A stretch of 64,000 bases of DNA, from positions 3,903 to 67,902 of the forward strand of contig CALXVZ010000005.1 in assembly GCA_944392235.1 (NCBI GenBank), in the 5' to 3' direction. The DNA comes from an uncultured Alphaproteobacteria bacterium. Lineage in GTDB: Bacteria > Pseudomonadota > Alphaproteobacteria > RF32 > CAG-239. The notes beneath the pieces are model-generated. The model saw nothing but the letters and a program-made list of their open reading frames with translations, was not told where the DNA came from and did not search any database. A program made the translations under genes and the position numbers. Within the stretch, counting starts at the first letter, position 1. Each line of letters begins with the position of its first letter. This document shows positions 21,005 to 30,266 of this stretch, piece after piece.

Positions 21005-21727
21005 GTGTCAAATCCAATGGAGCAATTTGAGATAAAAAAGCTTATACCCATAAATATAGGAGAGTATGATATTAGTTTTTCAAATTCTTCTTTATGCATG
21101 ATACTGTCAGCGGTAAGTGTTATTCTAATATTTTCGCTGTGCCTAAGAAAAAGACAAATGATACCAACAATATCGCAAAGCATTCCGGAAAGCTTATACG
21201 AATTCATATATGGGCTAATAAAGGATAATATAGGCAAAGAAGGATTAAAATATTTTTCATTTATTTTTTCATTATTTTTATTTATTGCAATGGGGAATTT
21301 ATTAGGTTTATTTCCTTATAGCTTTACTTTTACTTCACATTTAGCAGCTGTTGGTGCTCTATCAGTATTAAGCTTATTGTTTAATATTTGTGTTGGGATA
21401 AAAAAGAAAAAGTGGGGATATTTGAGAACATTTATGCCTAGAGGAATACCATGGCCTTTAGCCCCATTAATCATACCAATAGAAACAATATCACTGATGT
21501 CAAAACCGTTCAGTCTGACAGTAAGACTTGTCGCAAATATGACTGTAGGACACATCATGCTAAAAATTATAGCTGGTTTCATAGCGGCATTGGGTATAGC
21601 TGGTGTCGTTCCATTGCTATTTGACGGGTGTCTTATAGCATTTGAAGCATTTATAGCTATTTTACAAGCATACATATATACAATATTGTCTTGTATATAT
21701 CTAAGCGATGCATTACATTATCACTAA
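21005..21727 (+). CDS. atpB: F0F1 ATP synthase subunit a
   Basis: NPMEQF, PFSLTVRLVANMTVGH (conserved Arg), LQAYIYTIL. Confidence 0.96.
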   Translation: MSNPMEQFEIKKLIPINIGEYDISFSNSSLCMILSAVSVILIFSLCLRKRQMIPTISQSIPESLYEFIYGLIKDNIGKEGLKYFSFIFSLFLFIAMGNLLGLFPYSFTFTSHLAAVGALSVLSLLFNICVGIKKKKWGYLRTFMPRGIPWPLAPLIIPIETISLMSKPFSLTVRLVANMTVGHIMLKIIAGFIAALGIAGVVPLLFDGCLIAFEAFIAILQAYIYTILSCIYLSDALHYH

Positions 21728-21748
21728 CTCAGTATGAAAGGAAAAAAC

Positions 21749-21985
21749 ATGGAAAATATAATCGCATCAGATGCAGCAATGTTTTTTAGTGCGGCATTAT
21801 GTACAATACCAATGGCAGCATCAGCCTGGGGAGTTGCAAAACTATGGATAACAATGATTGAAACAGTTGGCCGCAATCCTCAGGTAAAAAAAGATGTTGA
21901 TACATATGGATGGGCAGGCTTTGCAGCGATAGAAGCAATAGCATTATACTGCTTAGTCGTAGCTCTTGTAATGTTAAATAAATAG
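21749..21985 (+). CDS. atpE: F0F1 ATP synthase subunit c
   Basis: Two TM hairpin, GRNP loop, AAIEAIALY carboxylate; start ATG 21749 after AAGGA. Confidence 0.9.
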   Translation: MENIIASDAAMFFSAALCTIPMAASAWGVAKLWITMIETVGRNPQVKKDVDTYGWAGFAAIEAIALYCLVVALVMLNK

Positions 21986-21993
21986 GAAAAGAA

Positions 21994-22494
21994 ATGCCAC
22001 AGCTAGAAATTTCAACATATACAACTCAAATATTTTGGGTGCTGACAATATTTATAATTTTTTGGCAAATAATGGATCACTTTATAATTCCTCGCATATC
22101 AGATATGATAGATGCACGGAAACGTAAATACGATGATTTTATATTAAAAGCAGAAGAGATAAATAAAAAAGCATTAGCTACATTAGAGCGTTATGAAGAA
22201 ACTCTAGCTGCGGCAAAAAAAGAAGCAGATAAGCAAATAGAAGAGAATGAGCAACAATTAAAAATAATGATAGAAGAGCGAGAAGAAGAAATAAGCATCA
22301 AATTAAAACAAAAGATAGAAGAAAGTGAAGAAAAGTTAAAACAAGAACAACAAGCAACAATGAATAAAATTGAGGAACTTTCAGAAAAAGCAGCTATAGA
22401 GATAATAAAAGAGTTGGGATTAAATAAAATAACAATTGAAGATATTCAAGAATTAAATCAGCAGAAAGACAGCGAAGATGAATACAGAAAATAA
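21994..22494 (+). CDS. F0F1 ATP synthase subunit b'
   Basis: MPQLE...TQIFWV...PRI...IDARK, followed by coiled coil. Confidence 0.88.
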   Translation: MPQLEISTYTTQIFWVLTIFIIFWQIMDHFIIPRISDMIDARKRKYDDFILKAEEINKKALATLERYEETLAAAKKEADKQIEENEQQLKIMIEEREEEISIKLKQKIEESEEKLKQEQQATMNKIEELSEKAAIEIIKELGLNKITIEDIQELNQQKDSEDEYRK

Positions 22495-23041
22495 TCAGAC
22501 AATACAAATTTCCTCGGAAACTATATTGGAGGAGCCGTTTTACCTTGGTGCCGAGTTTTGGGTAGGAGTGGCATTTGTCATAGTTGTTTTTGCGCTATTT
22601 AGACCAATAAAAAAGGCTCTAAAAAGCTTATTAACTAGAAGAATTATTAGAATAAAGAAAGAGCTTCAAGAAGCAGAAAATATAAAATTAGAAGCACAAA
22701 AGCTATATTCAGACTATGAAAGAAAATATTTGAACATCGAAAAAGAGGTTTCAGATATAATAAAAGAGCAAAAAAATGTAATAGAAGAAACAAAGGAAAA
22801 AAAAATAAGAGAATTAAATTTTATGCTACAAAGAAAAGAAAATGAAGTAAACAGAAGGATAGAACAAGAATTTGAACAAGCAGGAAAAGAGATTCGTAGA
22901 AAAATTAGTGAAAAAACAATTGAAATATTAAAAAGAATAATTAGCTCAAAATTAACTAAATCTGAATATAATAATCTAATAGATAATTCTATAAAGCAGA
23001 TAAAGGAAGTGCTTTCAAATAAAGACTGCATTCGGAGATGA
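22478..23041 (+). CDS. atpF: F0F1 ATP synthase subunit b
   Basis: AEFWVGVAFVIVV TM, RI..EL.EA..IKLEAQ coiled coil; last F0 gene. Confidence 0.88.
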   Translation: MNTENNQTIQISSETILEEPFYLGAEFWVGVAFVIVVFALFRPIKKALKSLLTRRIIRIKKELQEAENIKLEAQKLYSDYERKYLNIEKEVSDIIKEQKNVIEETKEKKIRELNFMLQRKENEVNRRIEQEFEQAGKEIRRKISEKTIEILKRIISSKLTKSEYNNLIDNSIKQIKEVLSNKDCIRR

Positions 23042-23991
23042 AAATGGAACTACTTCAACACAATTTTTCAGATTTATATATAAATGCAAAAAAAGATTTT
23101 TATATTTCAGATGAGAAATATGTAAATAGCCTAAAGAGAGTGGCCCCAGATGATAAGGATGAATTTTGCGAAAAATTGTTTTCCATAGAACATAAAACAA
23201 GCTCCTACTCAATGAACTATAAAGGAACATTTTTCCGTGTAGAAAATGTAATGAGTGTAAATGGGGAGCTATACTGTTTACGCCGAATGCCTCTAACAAT
23301 TCCGAGTATACATAATTTAGGTTTCGATCATAGATTCGTTCAGTACATGTTATCACTAGTATCGCAAAGCGGATTAATAATATGGGGTGGTGCTACAGGA
23401 TCAGGTAAAACAACATCAATATCCAGTTTATTAACGGAGTATCTCAATTTAGAAGGAGGTTTTGCCTATACGATTGAGGACCCCGCAGAAATGCCTTTGG
23501 AAGGAGAATATCAATCATTTAATGGGTCAATTGGTTTTTGTAAACAAACAGAGGTTCAAAATGATAATTGGCAAGATCCTCTAAAATCTGCATTACGCTC
23601 CAAGCCAAGATACATACTAATTGGAGAGATAAGAACTCCAGATGCTGCTTGCGAATGCTTGCGTGCAGCAATATCGGGACATTTAGTTTTAACAACAATT
23701 CATGCTAGCTCAATAACAGATGCACTGAGTTCATTAGTGAAGTATGCAAGCTTTAGTATGAGCGAAAGTTCTGCTTATGACATTTTATCGCGAGGATTAC
23801 TGGCAGCAGTAAAGCAAGATTTGGTTGGAACAGAGAATCATAGAAAACCACATTTGGAAGTGTTATTTGCAAATCCTGATTTAAACAAGGGATGTTCTGT
23901 TCGCTCAATAATAAGAAGTGGAAAATTAAACTTAGCAACATCAATAGAGATGCAAGCAGCAAGATTAGCTCAATCTGTTCCATTATTCTAA
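23038..23991 (+). CDS. PilT/DotB/TraJ-like secretion-superfamily ATPase
   Basis: IIWGGATGSGKTT Walker A, TIEDPAE Asp box, ILIGEIR Walker B, GHLVLTTIHA His box, SVRSIIRSGK resembling the PilT AIRNLIRE motif. Confidence 0.85.
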   Translation: MKMELLQHNFSDLYINAKKDFYISDEKYVNSLKRVAPDDKDEFCEKLFSIEHKTSSYSMNYKGTFFRVENVMSVNGELYCLRRMPLTIPSIHNLGFDHRFVQYMLSLVSQSGLIIWGGATGSGKTTSISSLLTEYLNLEGGFAYTIEDPAEMPLEGEYQSFNGSIGFCKQTEVQNDNWQDPLKSALRSKPRYILIGEIRTPDAACECLRAAISGHLVLTTIHASSITDALSSLVKYASFSMSESSAYDILSRGLLAAVKQDLVGTENHRKPHLEVLFANPDLNKGCSVRSIIRSGKLNLATSIEMQAARLAQSVPLF

Positions 23992-23994
23992 GGA

Positions 23995-24648
23995 TTACTT
24001 TAGAGACCAAATAACAGTATTATTTCTACTACTGCAAAATTCTCGACTTGAGTACTTCTTTACAGGAAGCGAATTTTTAGCACCCCAAGTAAAAATAAAT
24101 TCGCCAGAATCATTAACGATAGAGATTTTATCTAACAATAGAAGTTGTTGATCGGAAAAGCCAGCCTCAACATAAGCAATACATTGCGATTTATTGAGGT
24201 TTGATAAAACAATATCAAAAGTGGTGGATTTAGGCGAAATAGTAGAGGCTTCAGCACCAGAACCAATTTTAACGACAAGATTATCATTAAGAAAGATATA
24301 ATCATCATGGATAATATCTTCAGAAAGAATCTCATTGTCGATAAGATATTTAGTTGATAATCCCCAATAATCAGGTTTACTACTATAAAGAGTATGAATA
24401 CTATCAGCAATAGAAAATAATAAATTAACATTTTTCTGAGTAAGATTTTTAGAAAAAGAACAAGATCCAAAGGCCCAAAAAATAATCATACAAGGGAATA
24501 TAATTTTGATTAAAGCAATACGATTCAAATAAATATAATTCTTTAAGGTTAAAAGATACTTTTCGAATTCTTTTTTCTTTAAGAATAAGAAAAAAGAATT
24601 CGAATAAATCTCTAATTTTTTTTTCAAAAAGACAAAGTACTCACGCAT
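23995..24648 (-). CDS. Type IVb pilin-like protein (PilS-like globular domain) with atypical N-terminus
   Basis: N..LL..IADSIHTLYSSKPDYWGLS and FDIVLSNLNKSQC...C pattern like PilS; directly follows pilR. Start placed at ATG 24648 (MREYF), just after the pilR stop. Confidence 0.6.
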   Translation of the reverse strand: MREYFVFLKKKLEIYSNSFFLFLKKKEFEKYLLTLKNYIYLNRIALIKIIFPCMIIFWAFGSCSFSKNLTQKNVNLLFSIADSIHTLYSSKPDYWGLSTKYLIDNEILSEDIIHDDYIFLNDNLVVKIGSGAEASTISPKSTTFDIVLSNLNKSQCIAYVEAGFSDQQLLLLDKISIVNDSGEFIFTWGAKNSLPVKKYSSREFCSSRNNTVIWSLK

Positions 24649-24652
24649 ATGT

Positions 24653-25774
24653 TTATCCCATAGCACTAGTGATTTGATCTTGCATTTCAAACACTCCAAA
24701 CACAGCCCAAGCAATAATACCAGAAATAGCAAACATTGCAACCATGTTCAAGATAGAAGCTTTTTGTTCAACAGCCTCTGCAGATTCGTCAAGCCAATCA
24801 TTAGCCAATCTATCAAGCGCCTCTTCAAAATTATCTAATTCAGCATAAATACGCAAATCTGCAACAATATCTTTATCAGGAAAATTAAGTTTAGTTTTGG
24901 AAAGAGCCTGTCCCAAGTTATCACCATTTTTAATAAAGTCCATAGCTCGGTCAATACGTTCCTGAAGATAACGGTTTGAATCCTTACGAAGAGAAGTTAA
25001 AGCTACAGAGATAGGAACCCCACCCTTAATCAGAGCAGATAAAGAAAGTAACCAAGTAATACCCATAAACATCTTATAGAGAGACCAAGGAGGACAATCA
25101 TCAATAGCTTTTCTAGTAGGCCCCGTCCAAATACCAATTGTTGCGTAAATTAAAAGAAAAAGAGCTGGGAAAAAAGCAAAAGCCAACAACCAATTTTTTT
25201 GAATCCACAAAGAAACAGCAACCAAATCTTTAGCTGTTCCGGTCCATCTAGCATTAGGAGCAGCATCCATCATAGGAGGCACCATATATGCACCAATCGC
25301 ATAAATAACTAGCACAGACATAAGCAACAAGAAAGAAGGATATGCAATAGCACCAATAATAGGTTTAAGCATTTTTTCAGTACCTTCTGCCACGCGAATA
25401 AGGTTCAAAAGGGCACTTTCCAAGTCAGACATATCACCAACAGAAAGCATAAGTCTCTCACGGCTGGGAGCCCAACCCTTAAGAGCATCTGAAAAAGCGT
25501 TACCATTTTGAAGAGATTTTCCCCAAGAAGCAATAGCAATAGCCATAGGTTCGCTAGGATGCTTACCATTATCTGTAATACTATCATACATAATATCGAG
25601 AGCATTCATAAGGGAAAATCTATTTCTAAGAAGAGACGCCAATTTTTTATAAACTTTCAATCTGGCTTTACCAGCCATTCCTACTTTAAACTGAGCAAAA
25701 GTGACCTCAAGAGACCCCAGAGATTTCATTGCTTTATTAAAAGTAGCATTAGATGAATCTTCTTTTTTAGCCAT
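24653..25774 (-). CDS. pilR: Type IVb pilus inner-membrane platform protein (PilR/BfpE, T2SS-F family)
   Basis: VYKKLASLLRN, G..FSDALKGW.P..E..ML, AIAYPSFLL, three TMs, SALIKGGVPI..AL, GDNLGQAL...FP. Confidence 0.85.
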   Translation of the reverse strand: MAKKEDSSNATFNKAMKSLGSLEVTFAQFKVGMAGKARLKVYKKLASLLRNRFSLMNALDIMYDSITDNGKHPSEPMAIAIASWGKSLQNGNAFSDALKGWAPSRERLMLSVGDMSDLESALLNLIRVAEGTEKMLKPIIGAIAYPSFLLLMSVLVIYAIGAYMVPPMMDAAPNARWTGTAKDLVAVSLWIQKNWLLAFAFFPALFLLIYATIGIWTGPTRKAIDDCPPWSLYKMFMGITWLLSLSALIKGGVPISVALTSLRKDSNRYLQERIDRAMDFIKNGDNLGQALSKTKLNFPDKDIVADLRIYAELDNFEEALDRLANDWLDESAEAVEQKASILNMVAMFAISGIIAWAVFGVFEMQDQITSAMG

Positions 25775-25784
25775 AAGATTACTC

Positions 25785-27464
25785 CTAATAAACAGGACGC
25801 TGATCGATTAATCCACACCAACGCTCAACTTCATCCATATCAATTTGTCCTTTAATCATCCTCTCTATGGCAGCATCTTTAAGTGGTCTTCCATTTAATT
25901 CACTAACCCAATAGTCAATAGCCTTTGCTGTTTCATTATCAATCATAAGACGCAAGAAACGAGAGTCTGGCAAAATAATTTCATCAACAGCCATTCTTCC
26001 TTTAAAACCTTTGTAACCGCAAGCTTTACAACCTGGACCGCTAACAAAAACATTTTCAATACCATAATCGCCTAAAGCATTTTTCAATCTTTCAAATTCA
26101 GGAGACCCTTCTTTAGTTTTAATAGATTGTCTACAATTAGGACAAAGTTTTCTAAACAAACGTTGTGACACAAGTCCCTTAACTAATTCCGGGTCATTAA
26201 GCAAATAAGGTTGGATACCCATATCACGTAAACGAGTAACAATAGCAGGAGCTGAGTTAGCGTGCAATGTTGTCCACACACCGTGACCAGATAGAGCACC
26301 TTTAAATGTTAATTCCGCTGTAGACAAAGAACGTGTTTCACCCACCAGAATTACATCCGGGTCAGAACGTAAAGCTGCAGATAAGGCTTTTGTGAATTGC
26401 TCATTTTTTTCTTCCTCAGTATTCGCATTGGTAACAGGCATTTGTCTTGCCCCTGGAATAGGATACTCAGGAGGATCTTCCACAGTTAAAAGGTTAATTT
26501 GATAATTTTTTTCTTGCAACAGTTTAATCATATTACGTTGCAAGGTTGTTGATTTACCAGAACCGGTAGGTCCTGCAACAACGTTTAGCCCCACAGCCAT
26601 ACTTCTCATTTTATAGAAAAGGTCTTCTTCGTATTTACCAAGACCAAGAGAACGTAAATCTGAACTTCCCTCAGGATTATCATCAGCATACAAAAGACGC
26701 ATAACCAGATATTGCGAACCAAAAGCAATAGGGTTAAATTGCAAACGAATAGCTAAAACATTGTGAGGAAGCATTAATTTACCTTTAGATCCTCTCAATG
26801 GGGTGGAACCCAACTTTTGAGCTCCTTGGAATTCATTTTGAGAGTAGTTAGAGTCAGAAATATCGGCAGAAGCAAAAACAGAACGAACAAAAGCTTCTCC
26901 CCATTCTCCACCATACTCATTTTGCTTAACCATAATACCATTTTCGCGGAACAAAACAGTTGAAGAAGAACCAACGATAACGTGAATATCGGAAACCTTC
27001 TTTTGAGATGCACGTTGAATAATATTAATAAAGTCAATTTGCATCTGCATATCTTCAGCTTCTTCAGCCGAAACGTCGACAGTTCCTCCCCCACGTTCTG
27101 CATAAGCATAGATTGCGGAAATTTCGTTTAGAGTTACATACCTAGGAGCTTTAATAGGTATTTTTCTTCTTTTAACATTAGCTTCAAAGTTATATACAGC
27201 ACCATCAAAACGATTATCTTTAGAAACCAAATAAGTGCCATCAGAAAACAATGCTAACAATCTACGAGTTTCATTTGAAATCGCAAAATCAGAACCACTA
27301 ACAGTAAGCAATTTATTATTGTTGGCAAATAACTGATCAAAAAGATTCCCTTTTTTTGCTTGAGAAGCAGAAGTATCTTCTTCTTCGAAATTAGATTCCG
27401 TAGAAGTTTTAGCTTTCTCTTCCATATCTTTTTGTAATTCTTCAGCCATAATAACAACCTTCAA
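25785..27464 (-). CDS. pilQ: Type IVb pilus assembly ATPase (PilQ/BfpD, GspE family)
   Basis: SDIHV, VAGPTGSGKSTTL, TVEDPPEY, ALRSDPDVILVGETR, SGHGVWTTLHANSA, zinc motif CPNC...CKAC. Confidence 0.9.
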   Translation of the reverse strand: MKVVIMAEELQKDMEEKAKTSTESNFEEEDTSASQAKKGNLFDQLFANNNKLLTVSGSDFAISNETRRLLALFSDGTYLVSKDNRFDGAVYNFEANVKRRKIPIKAPRYVTLNEISAIYAYAERGGGTVDVSAEEAEDMQMQIDFINIIQRASQKKVSDIHVIVGSSSTVLFRENGIMVKQNEYGGEWGEAFVRSVFASADISDSNYSQNEFQGAQKLGSTPLRGSKGKLMLPHNVLAIRLQFNPIAFGSQYLVMRLLYADDNPEGSSDLRSLGLGKYEEDLFYKMRSMAVGLNVVAGPTGSGKSTTLQRNMIKLLQEKNYQINLLTVEDPPEYPIPGARQMPVTNANTEEEKNEQFTKALSAALRSDPDVILVGETRSLSTAELTFKGALSGHGVWTTLHANSAPAIVTRLRDMGIQPYLLNDPELVKGLVSQRLFRKLCPNCRQSIKTKEGSPEFERLKNALGDYGIENVFVSGPGCKACGYKGFKGRMAVDEIILPDSRFLRLMIDNETAKAIDYWVSELNGRPLKDAAIERMIKGQIDMDEVERWCGLIDQRPVY

Positions 27465-27481
27465 AAACTAATTTTAATAAA

Positions 27482-28990
27482 TTACTTTTTCTTTGTATCT
27501 GTAAGTCCTAAAGTTGGAATATAACCATCAATAGATCTGCCTACATATAGATAATCATCATAACCATCTCTAGTAAATTTGACGTAATCAGCGCCAATTT
27601 CGCTAACAACATGTCCTGAAGGCAGCGGAGATCCTACTTTTAAGGAAATAGGTTGTCCATCAACATCAATAATATCAACACTCATATTACCTGCTTGTCC
27701 ACTAATACCCAAGATGGCATATTTAGCACTAAGTTTCTCAGGAGCTTTCTCTTCTTCAACAAGTTCTTCTGTTGTCGCAGAAGCTTCCATAGCCGCAGCT
27801 TGAGCAGCTAAAGCAACATTAGCAGCATTTTTATTTTTTAATTCCTCAATAGACTGAGATTTGAGATATAAGCTATTTTTAGCGTTTTTAATAATTTGAG
27901 CATCAGCTTCAACACGTTTACGAAGTTGTTCATTTCTAGATTTTAAATTTTTTACAATACGCTCAAAATTAGCACGAGCAGCTTCAGCAACTTGTATATT
28001 TTTAGCAGAAGCTTCAAGAACTTTGTTAATTCTATCTTTGAAAAGTTCAATTAATTGTTTCTTTTCATCTTCAAGAGCCTTTATTTGCGCATAGAGACTT
28101 TCTTTTTCTTTCAACCACTCTTGATTATTTACAAGCATTTGATTCATATACGCATTAAGAAGTTTACGCTGTTTTAAAATTTCAAACAATTGCTCTTTAT
28201 CAAGTAGAGCTTGTTTTTCTTGTAAAACCTGAGCTTCTATTTTCTTTTTTCTCTCTAAATCTTTTAACTTTTGCTCTTCTTTAAGGCGTTCTTGATCATC
28301 AATATTCTTTTGACGAATAGCCTTTTGAGCCTCGATTTCGTTACGAATTTTTTCACGACGTAACTCAAGAGTGAGCAAAGTTGTGCTCTTTTCGATTTCT
28401 GACATCTTAGAAAAAAGATCACTATCCATTTGTGATAGAATACTATTTCCCAAAGCTTCAACAGGATTAGCCTCATATTGAATATCCTTAGGCAAATCAG
28501 CATCATTTAGAGCGGAAGCTGAAGAATTAACACCAGAAGAAGACGGAGCAACACTATGAGGGGCATTATTTGTCGGAGCATTGAGCGATTTCATTTTCAA
28601 ATCAAAATTAAAATCATCAGATACAGGAGCCGCTCCTCCATTACCGATAGAATGATTTTGCTGTGCAATAGGCGGTATTGTGGAATTTGAGTCTGATGAT
28701 GCTATTGTTTTTAAGTTAGCATTAGTAACAGCAGCAGTATTTGGAACAACATTATTCACATTTGCAGGAAGCTGTCTTGCAGCAGGAACATTTTTAGGTT
28801 GCGAAGGAGAAACCAAAGCAGGAGCATTTTGCTGTTGAGACGAGTTTACTTGTCCTGCTTGAGAAGCAACATTTATAGGAAGAGTCGCATCACTAAGTTT
28901 TGCATCTGCAATATTCACAGACTGAGCATAAGACGAACCAACTGTAGCAATAGAGATAAGCAATCCCCCGAAAAATTTTTTACTGAGCAT
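27482..28990 (-). CDS. pilP: PilP-like type IVb pilus protein with long low-complexity and coiled-coil extension
   Basis: Signal peptide; C-terminal YAILGISGQAG...LKVGSPLPSGHVVSEI typical of PilP; position between pilO and pilQ; start ATG 28990 after GAGGGG. Confidence 0.65.
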   Translation of the reverse strand: MLSKKFFGGLLISIATVGSSYAQSVNIADAKLSDATLPINVASQAGQVNSSQQQNAPALVSPSQPKNVPAARQLPANVNNVVPNTAAVTNANLKTIASSDSNSTIPPIAQQNHSIGNGGAAPVSDDFNFDLKMKSLNAPTNNAPHSVAPSSSGVNSSASALNDADLPKDIQYEANPVEALGNSILSQMDSDLFSKMSEIEKSTTLLTLELRREKIRNEIEAQKAIRQKNIDDQERLKEEQKLKDLERKKKIEAQVLQEKQALLDKEQLFEILKQRKLLNAYMNQMLVNNQEWLKEKESLYAQIKALEDEKKQLIELFKDRINKVLEASAKNIQVAEAARANFERIVKNLKSRNEQLRKRVEADAQIIKNAKNSLYLKSQSIEELKNKNAANVALAAQAAAMEASATTEELVEEEKAPEKLSAKYAILGISGQAGNMSVDIIDVDGQPISLKVGSPLPSGHVVSEIGADYVKFTRDGYDDYLYVGRSIDGYIPTLGLTDTKKK

Positions 28991-30257
28991 ATATTGTCCC
29001 CTCATAATTCCATACGCCACCATTATAACGTATACTATTAATCTTAAGTCCTGAAAATTTTGTTAACATCGGTCTCCAAATTTCTGGATCATATTTAGAA
29101 TTAATTTTAAAATTTAATGTTTCATAAACTTTTTTACCAGCTCTAACTTTACCATTAGAAAGAGAAATAGACATATTTAACGTTTGAAATAAATCATTAA
29201 TCATATTTCTAAGTTCATTAATATTTTTTGTCGGTAAAGCATTAATTTTTTTCACAGCTTGAAAAGGAAGCGATACTGTAATAGAAGTTCCCCTAGGATC
29301 TATAGTTTTATTAGTAAACGACATACCCGAGTAAGATAGAGCCATTTCAATCCAGGAGAGACGACCAAACTCTCTTCTCCAAGAAGTAACCACTCCCGAG
29401 GCAGAGCATGTAACACCCGTATTTCTCCAACCCGGAGTAGAAATAGAAACCAACGACTGAATAGAGTTTCTACAATTATCTAGTATCCAATTGGTTTCAA
29501 CAACAGATTCCCATGGTGCCGGAACAATTTTTTCAACTTCTTTAACTACTTTCTTTTTAGCTCGCCGAGTAACAATTTTATTTTGTTGCGTCTTAGTTGT
29601 AAAAAAAGTATTAGCAATAAACATAATAGCCCAAGCACCGGCTGCAATAGATAAAACTACAACAATAGCAAGTTCAGCACCACGAAGAGCATTAATTTTT
29701 TCTAATTGAACATCCAGACCTTGAGCAAAAATTTCAGAAATATTTTTTTGTTCAGTATCGTCAATATCCCATTCTTTAGGAGCAATTTTTCTAGACCAAT
29801 CGGGCACAGAAAGCATAGACATAAATTGTTCGCGAGCATCTTCTTCTTTTACAAATAAGACATCGCCATCTGATAAAATAACATCATTTCTGACGCATAA
29901 ATACCAATAACCAGCATCTACTTTAAAAACAGCAAGCAAAGAAGAAGCGTCACTCATAGCTGTAACAGCATTTACAGCAGCCACTTTTGTGCCTTTTTTA
30001 AATCCTTGGGAAGAAACAGCTAAACCCAATTGAGGAGATTTACCATGTTTAACACAAAATAAATCAGCACCAACCAAAACATTCTCAGCAGCTTCTTTAG
30101 CATCCAAAAAAGGAGCATCTATATTTTGCAGACTTTCCCAAAAGAGACTTGCTGCATAAGGAACGCCATCAACAGTAAAACTAGAAGCCCATTCCTTACT
30201 ATTCTCTCTAGAAGGATCATCTGAAAAAATTAAATCATTTTCTTCTTCTGCAACCAC
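28980..30257 (-). CDS. pilO: Type IVb pilus accessory protein PilO
   Basis: YAASLFWESL, GYWYLCVRNDVILSDGDVL, central TM, PAPW...C...PGW....VTC; position after pilN. Confidence 0.8.
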   Translation of the reverse strand: MVAEEENDLIFSDDPSRENSKEWASSFTVDGVPYAASLFWESLQNIDAPFLDAKEAAENVLVGADLFCVKHGKSPQLGLAVSSQGFKKGTKVAAVNAVTAMSDASSLLAVFKVDAGYWYLCVRNDVILSDGDVLFVKEEDAREQFMSMLSVPDWSRKIAPKEWDIDDTEQKNISEIFAQGLDVQLEKINALRGAELAIVVVLSIAAGAWAIMFIANTFFTTKTQQNKIVTRRAKKKVVKEVEKIVPAPWESVVETNWILDNCRNSIQSLVSISTPGWRNTGVTCSASGVVTSWRREFGRLSWIEMALSYSGMSFTNKTIDPRGTSITVSLPFQAVKKINALPTKNINELRNMINDLFQTLNMSISLSNGKVRAGKKVYETLNFKINSKYDPEIWRPMLTKFSGLKINSIRYNGGVWNYEGTIYAQ

Positions 30258-30266
30258 TCTTCACTC

